64,000 nt of DNA, taken from assembly GCA_963514005.1 (NCBI GenBank), contig OY740801.1, positions 36,828,001 to 36,892,000 on the forward strand, read 5' to 3'. The translations under genes and the position numbers were made by a program. Below the pieces are notes generated by a model. It was given only the letters and a program-made list of their open reading frames with translations, had not been told where the DNA came from and did no database searches. Below are positions 38,455-51,884 of this stretch, piece after piece (position 1 is the stretch's first letter; each line of letters opens with the position of its first letter). This DNA is from Raja brachyura (taxonomy: Eukaryota).

Positions 38455-39155
38455 AGCGCGAAGTGTTGGAGGAACTCAGCAGTCATGTAATATCTGTGGT
38501 GGTAAACAGGCATCATTTCGGGTCAGGACCCTTCTTCAGGTTGATTGTTGCAGAGGGGAGAAAGCTGGAAAAGAGTGGCAGAGGCGGGACAAAGTCTGGC
38601 AAATGGTAGCTGGAGACAGTGCAGGGGAGGGTTGGGTTGGTTGGTAGATGGATGGGTGGAGTTAGTGACAAAGGGTAGAGGTGAAAAGGAGACCGGTGTT
38701 CAGATCGTGAACGGGGAGGAGCAAAACCAAGGGGAAATGGAGATGGTGGGAGAACTCTATTCTTGAGATGGACACAAAATGCTGGAGTAACTCAGTTGGA
38801 CAGGCAGCATCTCTGGAGAGAAGGATTGGGTGACCCTTCAGTCCGAAAGTCTGGGGAAAGGGAGACTAGAGCTATGGAAGGGTAAGGTGTGAAAATGACA
38901 GGTCAAAGCAGGTGATGATCAAGGAAATGTAGAATGGTTCATTGTTGGCTGAGGGGGAGGTGACAAGGAGGTATACAAACAGTAACATTAATCAGGAGGA
39001 TGGTGAAACTAGTCGGAAAACTATAGTTGGGAGAGAGGGAAAGTAAGGGAAATTTATCCTTGTGTAGGAAGGAACTGCAGATGCTGGTTTCAATCGAAGA
39101 TAGACACAAAATGCTGGAGTAACTCAGCGGGACAGGCAGCATCTCTGGAGAGAAG
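38455..39155 (-). repeat. Cluster of tandem Penelope pLTR fragments
   Basis: Three repeats of ..gctggagtaactcag..caggcagcatctctggagag.. with purine-rich pLTR spacers. Confidence 0.75.
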
Positions 39156-39244
39156 TGTTAAGGTTCACTTCTTATAGACAGACAACTCACAATGGGTTAG
39201 GTAAACCAACACAAGCTTTACTGATCATCAGCCGGCGAGAGTGT

Positions 39245-41531
39245 CAGGGAATGCGGTATATAAGGGAAATCTGTAATTCTATCCCATTTCTACTTTTTCT
39301 ATATTGTTAATAAACATAATCCTCATAAATAAAGATTAAACCCTAAATGAATAAAGTGTTATTTTTTTTAATTATTCGATGCCCCTCCCCACCCGGAAAA
39401 CTGCATGTCCTGATGGTTTCTTGTGAAAATTCAAGTCGGCATATTTATTTAATGGGGATCTATCTGAAATGAAAATACTTTTCAACAATAGGAATTAATA
39501 ATTAAAATATTTATCACCCTTAAAAATATTCCTCTATTCTTGATAAAATTATAATTCTTACCTTTTATTAAAAAAAAACTGGAGATGTGTCCGTGCCATG
39601 TGCCATTCGTACAAACCATATGGCCAGACATGGCCTTCCGGCGAGGCCATGCTGGGCTGAAGGCATGGGCCACCATACCCGTCACGGCAATCTCCGTCAC
39701 TTAACCCCCGATCTCCATCTAGCTCCATCTCCAGCTCCTCCAGCACGTTTCTTCCCTAACTCTAACCCTAACCATCACTTACCCCCGATATCCCGGTGTC
39801 CAGCTCCAGCCAGACACAAAGGCCTGTTGCAGCCGTTGTCTCTTCCTGTGACCTGATGTCCCTCTCCACGCCCGGCCCTCTTCAGCCTTTGTTCCCCGGT
39901 GTGGGAGATTGGGGGTCAGTGACAGAAATGGCCGTGATGGACATGACAGATTAATACCTACCACAGCCGGCGTCAATGGCACAGAGGACAAGGTCCGAGG
40001 GTCTTCTCACCGGGCCCTTGTGCAGCGTCTGCCTCTGTCACCTTCTCCCACCCCACCACCTCTCCCATTACCAGTCCACGGGAGTGTTCCCGTTCACTGG
40101 GAGTATCCCGGCACATTAGTTCTGTTAGTTGATCGACGGGATAATTGCCGGGACTCCTGTCCATGCACGTAGTTTGCAGATGACGTGAATAGCCCTAACC
40201 CTAATGGGCCTGTCCCACTTAGGGGATTTTTCAGCGGGGGGGAGCGCTGTCTGAAATTCACATGGTGCAAAGCCAAGGTGATACAGACACACACACATAG
40301 CGATGAACGGGAAGGTTGGCGCTATAATTAAGGCGGCTAAATCACAGTGTACGATAAGTCCTTGGAGGGGGGGAGCGAGGATGGTGGGGGGGAGGAGAAT
40401 GAGTGGAGACAACTTTTAAGAAGCCAGACAACTTTTTAATAAACCAGACATACACAGCTGTGAAGTTCGGCGGCCATTTAACATTACCGGTTAGTTATCC
40501 TTGGTTCTGAAAAGTCCTGCTTACTTTTTTTTCCCCCATTGACCAATGAAAATGACCGGTCAGCAAAGGCGATTAACTAAAACTACCTACGACTACCTCG
40601 ACTACCTATAACTACATGGCGACCCCACTACAACTGTACCTATGACTACAGGATTATCGATTATCTCCATGGCGACTAATTATTGGTTGCAGAAATTTTT
40701 TCAACATGTTGAAAAATTTGAGCCGACCATATTCAGGCTGCGACTAGTTCCCCAAATGCGGGAACTCCTCGCAAGGAGACTCATCAGAGACCACCAGCGA
40801 ACATGTGGCGACCATGTGGCGAGCGCAGAGTCTCCTGCACTGGCCTAAAAAGTCGCCTAAGTGGGACAGGCCCATAAAGATAGTTTTAGTCATCTCCGTC
40901 ACGTGACAAACCTGATTCTGATTATCGCCATCACGCTGAGTCATATCCGTCACCTGTATTTTAAGTGCATAATGTGTAAAATAAGTCACCAATTACCATA
41001 ATTATGAATTGTAATTGATAAATGAACAGTATGCTTCTGCCTATTCATCTGCAGTTAATATTGTTTTAGAGGAAGTTGGTGAAAAATTATGTGAAGGTTA
41101 GCAATCTTGCTGAAAATCACCACTTTTTTCGGCTGTAAACTGTTATGAAGGTTTAAAATCAATGCGTTAGACTGAAAAAGTTTTTTTTGGTAGTTTATTT
41201 GAGTAAGATACTCTATAATTTGAAAGACTGCGACAAAAATTTAATTTTATATTCTTAAATCAGTTATTTTTTACTGTGTTATTCATCATAAAAATGCGAC
41301 GGATATGACTGAATGCAAAGGGCAACCTGGTAAAAGAAGAGGAAAAAATAAACTAAATTCTCTAAAAGATTGCGCGAAACATATTTTTCCCATAGTGGAG
41401 ATGTTCATCTATGTGAACTCAACATTAAAAGTTGCAACATTTTAAGTTTTATAATCGGGTTTCCAGAAACTTAAAAGTAGACACTTACTGAAGAATCACC
41501 CAAGTGTGCAACAGACACTTACCTCTCCCTG
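39245..41531. mobile_element. Unclassified DNA-transposon-like element
   Basis: TCAGGGA...TCCCTGA termini; repeated ATMYCCGTCAC motifs (about 39675, 39690, 40892, 40943; inverted at 41297); CCCTAA tracts; no clear TSD. Confidence 0.45.
40205..40874. mobile_element. PIF/Harbinger MITE nested in the 39245-41531 element
   Basis: TAA TSD on both sides; TIR TGGGCCTGTCCCACTTAGG.GA.TTTT. Confidence 0.9.
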
Positions 41532-41631
41532 AGCCACCATTATAATGAACAAAGACATACAGCATCTTTTATATTATCTTGGAAACATAGTCACATGTTT
41601 ATACAGAGTTGCAGCAATGATGTTTAACACA

Positions 41632-42540
41632 AATGAATGAATATGTTTATTGGCCAAGTATTCACATACAAGGAATTTGCCTTGGTGCTCCGCCCACAAG
41701 TGACAACGACATACAGTGACAGTTAGCAATGATGCATAAAACATTAAACATTAATAATAAAACATTATTGATTAAACATGTGAATTAAATAAAATACCAG
41801 AGCAAAAGGAGGCTAAAGATTTTTGGTTTTAGAGTAGAGCTACTACTTGTGGAAAAAAGCTGTTTTTATGTCTGGCTGTGGCAGCTTTGACAGTCCGGAG
41901 TCGCCTTCCAGAGGGAAGTGATTCAAAGAGTTTGTGGCCAGGGTGAGAGGAGTCAGAGATGATCTTGCCCGCTAGCTTCCTGGCCCTTGCAGTGTACAGT
42001 TCATCAATGGAGGGGAAGTTGCAGACAATAACCTTCTTACTGATCGAACGATTCACTTCAGCCTCCAGGTGTCGTGCTTGGTGGCTGAGCCAAACCAGAC
42101 CATGATGGAGAAGGTGAGAACAGACTCCACGATGGCCGTGTAGAATTGGACCATCATTGCCTGTGGCAGATTGTGCTTCCTCAGCTGCCATAGGAAGTAC
42201 ATCCTCTGTTGTGCCTTTTTGACTGTGGAGTGGATGGTGGCCCCTCATTTAAGGTCCTTAGAGATGATGGTTCCCAGGAACTTAAAATACTCCACAGACG
42301 TGACTGTGGTGTTGTTGATGGTGAGTGCGGCGAGGGGAGGGGGAGCTCTCCTAAAGTCTACAATCAATTCCACTGTCATACGAGCATTGAGCTCCTGGTT
42401 GTTGCGACGGCACCAGGCCACCAGTTGTGTCACTTCCTGTCTGTAGGCAAATTCCTCCCCATCCTGGATCAGTCCAATCAGGGTTGTGACGTCCGCAAAC
42501 TTGAGAAGCTTGACAGAGGAGTCAGTGGAGGTGCACAGGC
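41632..42540 (-). mobile_element. Rex1-type LINE, 5'-truncated, with tail
   Basis: VKLLKFADVTTLIGLI, FKFLGTIISKDLK, SHPGHKLFESLPSGRRLR...HKNSFFPQ; (ATTC)n tail. Confidence 0.9.
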
Positions 42541-42884
42541 TGTACCCATTCAAAGTATACTTGTCACTAATACAATACTTGTCATTCTGTGGTTATATCG
42601 ATCACAAACTTAAGTTACAAAATCCTAAACAACAGGAACTTAGTCAAAGGTCTATCATCTGCAGTACTTTCTTAAACAATGTAAGGATCTTTCTCAATTA
42701 CCCACAGAAGATTTCTGTTTACAGAAATGTCCAAGTGCCCAGAAAACGCATCCTCTCCAACTATTGGTCTTTTGCTTGGGCATAACAGGAAGCACTATCA
42801 AAAGACCTTGGTTTGCAGGCTTCTAACTTTCTGATTCCCACAGCTTATCAGTGTGACCAAGCAGAAGATGGGGTCTGGGGATAA

Positions 42885-43325
42885 GGTCATATGTGACAGG
42901 AGCAGAATTTGGTCCAGAGGCCCATCAACTCTACTCCGCCATTCAATCATGCCTGATCTATCTCTCCCTCCTAACTCCAATCTCCTGCCTTCTCTCCATA
43001 ACCCCTGACACCCGTACTAATCAATAATCTATCTATCGCTGCCTTAAAAATATCAATTGACGGCCTCCACAGCCTTCTGTGGCAAGGAATTTTGCAGCTT
43101 CACCACCCTCAGACTAAAGAAATTCCTCCTAATTTCCTTCCTAAAGGAACGCCCTTTAATTCTGAGGCTATGACCTCCAGTCCTAGACTCTCCCACTAGT
43201 GGAGACATCCTCTCCACATCCACTCTAACCAGGCCTTTCACTATTTGGTAAGTCATCCCCCCCCCCATCCTTCTAAACTCCAGCGAGTAAACGCCAGTGC
43301 CGTCAAACGCCCATCATATGTGAAC
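42885..43325 (-). mobile_element. CR1 LINE 3' fragment
   Basis: GESRTGGHSLRIKGRSFRKEIRRNFFSLRVV. Confidence 0.88.
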
Positions 43326-44574
43326 CACATCCCATTTTGGTGCAATGAACACAAATAAAGTGAAACAAAAACTGGACAAAAATATTTAATCTCCTAAAGA
43401 ATGTGAAACCACTGACAGGCGTTTTATAAATCATTATTCAGTGCTGGCTCAATTGTGGTTATGTAAGATGCAAGTCCTGAACAACAGGTTTATCGGGTTG
43501 ATTTTTATTTTCAACAAATGTAACGTGGTAATTTTATTTCCCCATGTCTGCTGCTTTTACTGCCTCTTCCTTTTCATGCACTCATTCCCCACTATGACTA
43601 GATTGGGCCTTGTTTCGTTTCTCACTCCACCACTGAGAGCGAACTCCGTAACCAAGGAACCACGGAAGGTTGTCAAAGTGATTGTTATCATCTATTTGGG
43701 CCACGACCTTTAGAAGTGGATTGATTTATTACCCATTTACACCTTCATTTGCAGCTCCTTGGCAGATACCTTGAGGGGTATTTCTGGTATTTATCACTGT
43801 TTAAACAAATTTGGCATGATAAGGAAGTAGCAATGATTGCTGTTTAAAGCATGTAACATGCTGAAGTATGTAAACCTGTGAGGAGACACAGGATTGTCCC
43901 AGCATCAATGAAAAAAGCAATACAGCTAACAAAATTACTGCTATTCTTATACCTACATAAGTTATGAGAGAATTAGGCCATTCGGCCCATCAAGTCTACT
44001 CCACCATTCAAACATGGCTGATCTATAAACATAGTAAAAAGGTGCAGAAGGAGGCCATTCGGCCTTTCGAGCCAGCACCACCATTCAATATGATCATGGC
44101 TGATCATCCAAAATCAGTACCCCGTTCCTGCTTTCTCTGCAAATCTATTTTTCCCGCCTCCCCTCCCCACCCCCCCCAATAACCCCTGACACCTGTACCA
44201 ATCAAGAATCTGCCAGTTTCCACCTTTAAAATATCCATTGATGAATCCATGTGGGCAAAGTCAAATAAAACAGATTGTGAGATAAGGCAGTGTAGCGAAT
44301 GCAAACTAATGTCCACAACACACTGCAGGTCCAACACTTCACACTCACTGCGGACATAGACTCATCCCAGCCATTAATGTTACAGGCAGGCCAGGAGATC
44401 ATGGGGTCACCCGACCACTCTGTGCAACGTTTTAGCGCTTGATCCCCTCTGCGGGAAGTCACTGAAAAAAAAAGCAGATGTTATAAATACGAAGTACAAG
44501 CAGAAACTGCTGGATAAACTCGGCAGTTCAGCCAGTGTCTATGAGAAGAAAGCATTTCAGGTCAGAGACCCTTC

Positions 44575-46712
44575 AGCAAAACAGGATTTCCGGCCCCAAC
44601 CCCCATCCCTGCCGCGTGTTCACCAACCCCCCTGACCTCCCCCTCTCTGATACCGAATGGTCTGCCCTCAGCAGAGGCCTCACCTATGTCCCCCTCCGTC
44701 CCTACCTCAATGAGTTCCGCCCCACCACGATTTGGAACTCTTCTACCATCGCCTCTGCCTCACAGCGATCTTCCATGGAAAGGAGTCCTCGCCCCCAATG
44801 ATGATCCCTTTTGCCGTCTCCAATGGACCCCCTCCTCTTGGACCCCCACTTGTGGCCTTCCAGCTTTAGACCTTTTTACTTTAAACTGCCGGTGGGACAT
44901 CAACCGCCTCAACTTCTCCACTCCCCTGTCTCACTCCAATCTCTCCCCCCCCCTGAACGTACAGCACTCCACTCACTCTGCAACAACCCAGACTTGGTGA
45001 TCAAACCTGCCGACAAGGAAGGTGCCGTGGTAGTCTGGTGCGCTGATCCCTACAAAGCTGAGGCCATGCGTCCCTCAGCATGTACTCCTGCAGTCTGCAG
45101 CGGGCCAGTCGGCAACATTCCCCGACGGACATCTAGCGCTGCTGGGTGGTGAACAACGTTCGCGCAGACCAAAGAGCGTCTTTCACCGAGTTGGTGACCC
45201 TCAGACACCTCCTCCTACTCATCCTTGGACCATGACCCCACAGACAAGCACCAGGCCACTATCTCTAGCACCATCGCTGACTTCATCAACTCCGGCTCAC
45301 TGCTCTCCCAAGCCTACGTCCTCATCGTTCCCCAGCCCCGCATGGCCCGATTTTACCTTCTTCCCAAAATCCACAAACCTGACTGTCTTGGCAGACCCAT
45401 TGTTTCTGCCTGTTCGTGCCCCACCAAACTTATTTCCACATACCTTGACTCCACCCTCTCCCGTTTGGTTAAATCTCTCCCTACCTATGTTCAAGACACC
45501 TCAGACACTCTCCGTCGTCGCCGGGAATTCCATTCTCCAGGCCCCCATCCCCTCATCTTCACCATGGACGTCCAGTCACTCTACACCTCCATCCCCCACC
45601 AGGAGGGTCTCAGGCCCTCGGGTTCTTCCTCGAGCGGAGAACCAACCAATCCCGGTCTACAGATACTCTCCTCCACGTAGCGGAGTTGGTCCTTACCCTT
45701 AATAACTTTTCATTTGACTCCTCCCATTTCCTCCAAATACAACGCGTAGCTATGGGCACGCGCATGGGCCCCATCTATGCCCGCCTCTTTGTCTGGTACG
45801 TCAAACAATCCATGTTCAAGACGTACCAGGGCCCCATCCCCGACCTCTACCTCCGCTACATCGACGATTGCTTTGGTGTCACCTCCTGCACCCACACACA
45901 ACTGACTGACTTCATGCATTTCACCACCAACTTCCATCCGGCACTCAAATACAACTGGACCATTTCCGACACTCCCCTACCATTTCTTGACCTTACTATC
46001 GCCATTGTAGGTGATGGACTTTTGACCGACATCCACTATAAACCCACTGACTCCCACGGCTATCTAGACTACACTTCTTCCCACCCAGCTTCCTGTAAGG
46101 ACTCCATCCCCTACTCCCAATTCCTCCGTCTACGCCGCATCTGCTCCCAGGATGAGGTGTTCCACATCAGGGCATCGGAAATGTCCTCATTTTTCAGGGA
46201 ACAGGGGGTCCCCTCACCTACAATAGATGAGGCTCTCACCAGGGTCTCTTCAAAACCCTGTAACACTGCTCTCTCTCCCCACCCCCCCCCCCCCACTCGT
46301 AACGAGGGCAGAGTTCCCCTGGCCCTCACCTTCCACCCCACTAGCCGTCACGTACAACAGATAGTCCTCCGTCATTTTCGCCACATCCAACGTGACCCCT
46401 CCACTCGCCACATCTTCCCATCTCTACCACCGTCTGCTTTCCGCAAAGACCGCTCCCTCCGCAACTCCCTGGTCAATTCTTCCCTTCCCACCTGTACCAC
46501 CCCCTCCCCAGGCACTTTCCCTTGCAACCGCAAGAGATGCTACACTTGTCACTTTACCTATCCCCTCGACTCCATTCAAGGACCCAAGCAGTCGTTCCAG
46601 GTGCGACAGAGGTTCACCTGCACTTCCTCCAACCTCATCTATTGCATCCGCTGCTCTAGATGTCAGCTGATCTACATCGGTGAGACCAAGCGTAGGCTTG
46701 CCGATCGTTTCG
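44575..46712 (+). mobile_element. Penelope-like element (RT plus GIY-YIG endonuclease), frameshifted and 3'-truncated
   Basis: SALSRGLTYVP, LVIKPADKEGAVVVW, FYLLPKIHKP..GRPIVS, FTMDVQSLYTSIPH, AMGTRMGP, YLRYIDDCF, YKPTDSH, NLIYCIRCSRCQLIYIGETKR; inverted pLTR remnant at about 44500-44575. Confidence 0.93.
45068..45202 (-). mobile_element. Internal fragment of a Tx1-like LINE embedded in the Penelope ORF
   Basis: Aligns by eye with 47022-47156; no poly(A) tail. Confidence 0.85.
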
Positions 46713-46724
46713 CAATTTTATTAT

Positions 46725-47975
46725 TATATTTTTTTTAATTTCAAAATAGACTTTATTCAAGTAATAAATATATACCATAGGGGAACTGTGCAAAAAATTA
46801 ATCCAACATTTTCGGAGGCTAGACAAATAATTCCATAGTCTCTATATTTCTTAAATCTGTCCCCCACCCATGCCACTCATGTGGCCCCCTGGCGTGGGAT
46901 ACCTTCCCTTATTTTGAGGGGCGTCTCCACCTTACCGTGCCCCCCATGTCCAGCAGCGGAAGGATCCTAGACTGTGGCCCTCCCCCACCGAGCCTTGGCG
47001 TTGGCTGCACCGAGCTTCAATGCATCCCTCAGCACGTACTCCTGCAGTCTGCAGTTGTCCATTCGGCAACATTCCCCGACGGACCTCTCGCTCTGCTGGG
47101 TGGTGAACAACGCTCGGGCAGACCAAAGGGTGTCTTTCACCGAGTTAATGACCCTCCAGCAGCACTCGATGTCAGTCTCTGAATGTGTCCCTGGGAACAG
47201 TCCATAAATCACAGAGTCCTCTGTGACGGAGCTGTTTGGAATAAAGCGTACCAGGGACCCTTGCATTTTTCTCCAGACTCTTTGGGCAAATCCACACTCT
47301 GCAAAGAGGTGGGCAACCGTCTCCTCTCCATAGCAGCTGTCCCGAGGGCAGCGTGTGCTGGTAGTGAGGTTCCGATGGTGCAGGAAGGATTTGACTGGGA
47401 GGGCTCCCCTCACCGCCAGCCAAGCCAGGTCTTGGTACTTGTTGGTGAGTTCTGGCGATGAGGCATTTTGCCAGACAAGCTGGGCAGTCTGCTGTGGGAA
47501 CCATGCCACCGGATCCATCGAGTCCTTTCCCTGCAGTGCCTGCCGGACATTCCATGCTGACCACTGCCCAATGGACCTGTGGTCACAGGGGTTGGTCCGG
47601 AAGAACCTTTCCACAAACGACAGATGGGGCGGCAATGTCCAGCTGACTGGCACATTGCGTGGCATCTGTGCCAGGCCCATCCTTCACAACACCGGGGACA
47701 GGTAGAACCTCAGCAGGTAGTGACACTTGGTGCCCACGTGCCTTGGCTCTACACTCCGCCTGATGCAGCCACACACGAAGGTGGTCATCAGGGTGAGAGC
47801 GACGTTGGGCACGCTTTTACCCCCGTTGTCTGCTGACTTGTACATTGTGGTCCGTCGCACCCGGTCCATCCTCGACCCCCAGATGAACTGGAAGACGGCC
47901 CAGGCGTTGGAGGGAGGGACAGGCCACACCTGCGCCAAGTACAGTAGCCCCGCGAGCACCTCACACCTGATGACC
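46725..47975 (-). mobile_element. Tx1/L1-clade LINE 3' fragment with zf-RVT domain
   Basis: LYLAQVWP, DLAWLAVRGALPVK, CPRDSCYGEETVAHLFAEC, AANAKARWG; 3'UTR with AATAAA and A tail. Confidence 0.88.
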
Positions 47976-48777
47976 AAATTTTGGCCATCTGCCTTTTGGC
48001 TGAAACATTAGATTGAAACCACCTCTCCTCTCAGTGGGGTGTAAAAGATATCATGGCACTAGTTTGCTGGGATGTTTTCACCTGGCCAATATTTTCCTTC
48101 AATCAACATCGATTAAAAAAACTTAAGTGGTCATTGTCATTGTTGTTTGAGCAGAAATTGTCTGGCACATTTCCTACTTGACGAACATCCCTCTCCAGAG
48201 ATGCTGTCCCTGCTCAGCCTGTCCCACTCAGTTACTCCAGCATTTTGTGTCTGTCTTCAGCAAAATTGATACATTACCATGGACGGTGCTGCAGAAATGC
48301 ACGTCGTTGTGGTTCCTCCTGGTTTTGGCATCTTGCTGGTTGCTTGACCACTAAACCACCTCTTACCTCGAGCAGGTTCCTGGGCTTGTACCTCTACAGG
48401 TAAGCCGGCACCCAGTAGAGTGCTGAGACCCTGGGTCAATACTGAATTCTCAGACGTGTCTGGACTGCTGGGGTTCAACCGCACCAACAGTCACCTGTTG
48501 AATGTTCAGGACTTTGGTTAGGCCGCAAACGTGTACAGACTTGGATTGTTTTCTCTGGATCACTGGCAGTTGAGAGGAGACGTGATACCTGTATATGAAA
48601 TTATGATAGGGGTATTAGATAGGGTAGACAATCAAAACCTTTTCCCCAGGATGGAAACCTCAAATACTAGACAACATTGCTTGAAGGTGAGAGGGGTAAA
48701 GTGTGGGGCAAGGTTGTTACAGAGAGCGTGGTGAGAGTCTGGAAGGTGCTGCTGGTGTGGGGGTGGAGACAGACATG

Positions 48778-49342
48778 CGTGCCCACCTCTTTGCAGAGTG
48801 TGGATTTGCAAAGACAGTCCGGAGAGGTATGCAGGGGTCCCTGTCACAATTTATTCCTTACAGCTCCATCACAGAGGACCCTGTGATTTACGGACTGTTC
48901 CCAAGGACACATTCAGAGATTGACATTGAGTGCTGCTGCAAGGTCATTAACTCGGTGAAAGATGCTCTTTGGTCTGCCCGAATGTTGTTGACCACCCAGC
49001 AGAGCGAGATGTCCGTCGGGGAATGTTGCCGACTGGCCCACTGCAGACTGCAGGAGTACGTGCTGAGGGACGCACTGAAGCTCGGTGCAGCCAACGCCAA
49101 GGCTCGGTGGGGGAGGGCTACAGTTTAGGGTCCTTCCGCTGCTGGACATGGGGGGGCAGGGTGTGGTAGAGACGCCCCTCAAAATAAGGGAAGGTATCCC
49201 ACGCCAGGGGGCCACATGAGTGGCATGGGTGGGGGACAGATTTAAGAAATGTAGAGACTATGGAATTATTTGTCTAGCCTCCGAGAATGTTAGAAGGAGT
49301 CTTGTAAGGATCATGTTTTAGATATATTTATTTCTCGAATAA
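48778..49342 (+). mobile_element. Second Tx1-like LINE 3' fragment, inserted in a CR1 tail and inverted relative to 46725-47975
   Basis: AHLFAECGFAK...KARWGRATV; 3'UTR nearly identical to the reverse complement of 46805-46965. Confidence 0.88.
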
Positions 49343-51088
49343 AGTATCTATTTTTAAAAAAGGAGGCTACAAGATAGTAGATTTGAGGCTTTTTCATTGG
49401 CACATGGATGTGCAGGGACTGGAGAGATAGGGATTGTGTGCAAGCAGATGAGAGTTGGTCTCGGCATCATATTTGGCACAGACATTGTGTGCTGAAGAGC
49501 CTGTTCCTGCGCTGCACGCACGGCTCTGTGTTCCGTTTCAAGTTCAAAAGCTAATAAACATGCTACTAATTTATTTTTAGATTAGATCAATTAAAAAGGT
49601 ATTTGTGAACAAACTGCTGGAGGAACTCAGCAGGTCAAGCAGCATCTGTGGAGGAAAAAGGATTGTTTCATGTTGTGATCTGCATTCAAATTTTGCTCCA
49701 GATTCCAGCATCTGCAGCCTCTTGTGCCCCCAAGCAGGCACGGAAATTGCTATCAAAACATGGGGGGGGGGGGGGGGGAACGACACAATTTCTTGCCGTG
49801 GGCCCTGTGGGCGGTGACATCGGGAGCTGACCTGGTTGGTGACCGACTCCGAACTCCAGCAACTGAAGCTTCGTCTGCCCCAAATTGTGGGGCTTGAATC
49901 GGGCCATTCACGGGGGCTTCAACATCGGGAGCCTCGATCGCCTCGATGCAGCAGTTTGATTTTAAGGCACTGCGAACGGGCCAATTCAGCCCCTAGAAAA
50001 CTTCTGATAAAGTCCGGATTACAGAACATTGTCCCCCACCTCTCAATGCAGGGGTGTGGGGGACGCATCCCCCCCCGCCCCAGGACTCCAAGTATAATTG
50101 CAAATCACACTCCCTCCTCACTCATGGCCATTTTACCATTCAGACGATAAACGGCAGGTTTAACCACAATGATACCCGAAACATCACCCTTTCCTTCTCT
50201 CCAGAGATGCTGCCTGTCCCGCTGCGTTACTCCAGCATTTTGTGTCTATCTTCGGTGTAAACCAGCATCTGCAGTTCCTTCCTACACAGGATGTGATTAT
50301 TCTCCTTTATGAGGTTTGATTCTACCCAGTTCTCGGCCTGCTGTGATGGCAATGTCCAACAGAGGTCGCTATAAAGCTGCCTTGAAATAATTCTGCAGTC
50401 AAAGTGTAACTTGTCAGGTCAACTACAGCTGATACGGGGTCTTGAACCCAGAGAAACTATCTGTGTTCCCCTCTCCTGAAACACCCTGCTTCCCATCATT
50501 TTTTTTCACGTTTCCAATTCCCAGGATTTTGCTTTTCAAAACAAATCTGAAAAAATGTGGCTAATATGGCTCTCTGCCATAAAATGTGGCTCTCTGCCTC
50601 AGAGGGCAGTGGAGGCCAGTTCTCTGGATACTTTCAAGAGAGCGCTAGCTAGGGCTCTTAAAGATAGCAGAGTCAGGTCATATGGGGAGCAGGCAGGAAC
50701 GGGGTACTGTTTGGGGATGATCAGCCATGATCACATTGAATGGCGGTGCTGGCTCAAAGGGCCGAATGGCCTACTCCAGCACATATTGTCTATTGTCTAT
50801 GTATGTATCTAACCATTGATGAAAGAGCTTCATGATCTCAGGAGAGACGGCTTCAATGCTCACAGTAGGTGACTCATTCATCATAATGATTAAATCAAAC
50901 TCAAAGCTCTCAGGTTGCAAATCTCACCATCCTTGAGGGGAATCATCTTGTGTGATGATATCTATAAGGCTCTTTTATATATTTTAACTTCCAAACTGTT
51001 TTGTCATTTTTTTAAAAATGGAATGGGACGGTACAAAATGTCCATCTTTTTTTGCCTTAATGCATTGTTCTTGGAGTCATAGAGTGAT

Positions 51089-51595
51089 AGAAACATAGAA
51101 ATTAGGTGCAGGAGTAGGCCATTCGGCCCTTCGAGCCTGCACCGCCATTCAATATGATCATGGCTGATCATCCAACTCAGTATCCTGTACCTGCCTTCTC
51201 TCCATACCCTCTGATCCCCTTAGCCACAAGGGCCACATCTAACTCCCTCTTAAATATAGCCAATGAACTGGCCTCAACTACCCTCTGTGGCAGAGAGTTC
51301 CAGAGACCCACCACTCTCTGTGTGAAAAAATTCCTTCTCATCTCGGTCCTAAAGGATTTCCCCCTTATCCTTAAGCTGTGACCCCTTGCCCTGGACCTCC
51401 CCAACATCGGGAACAATCTTCCTACATCTAGCCTGTCCAACCCCTTAAGAATCTTGTAAGTTTCTATAAGATCCCCTCTCAATCTCCTAAATTCTAGAGA
51501 GTATAAACCGAGTCTATGCAGTCTTTGTTCATAAGACAGTCCTGACATCCCAGGAATCAGTCTGGTGAACCTTCGCTGCACTCCCTCTATGGCAA
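51089..51595 (-). mobile_element. Relatively young CR1 LINE 3' fragment
   Basis: Open frame AIEGVQRRFTRLIPGM...SRARGHSLRIRG...NFFTQRVVGLWNSLP; (TTTCTATG)-type tail. Confidence 0.92.
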
Positions 51596-51884
51596 GTGAT
51601 ACAGTGTGGGAATCGGTCCAACTTGCCCTCACCGGCCAACGTGTCCCAGCTACACTAGTCCCACCTGCCCGCGTTTGCTCCATATCCCTCCAAACCTGTT
51701 CCTTCCAAACAGGCTAAAAATCACAGGTCTATAATAATTGAATTCCAATTGCAGAGTGATGTGGCTGTTGTCATCACGAGGCTACAGATATCCCTCAGCT
51801 ACAAAGATCTCTCTGCTGCCGAAGTTACCTCAATTTTGCTTTCTAGTATTTGTCGATGAACTGACCTTTATCAATATGTAATAA

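Noticed and set aside
39750-40204. CCCTAA telomere-like tracts
   Set aside because: Only 2-3 units, embedded in a transposon-like element; not an interstitial telomere array
49735-50085. GC-rich segment with G and C runs resembling a non-autonomous DNA element
   Set aside because: TIRs and TSD could not be defined; left unannotated
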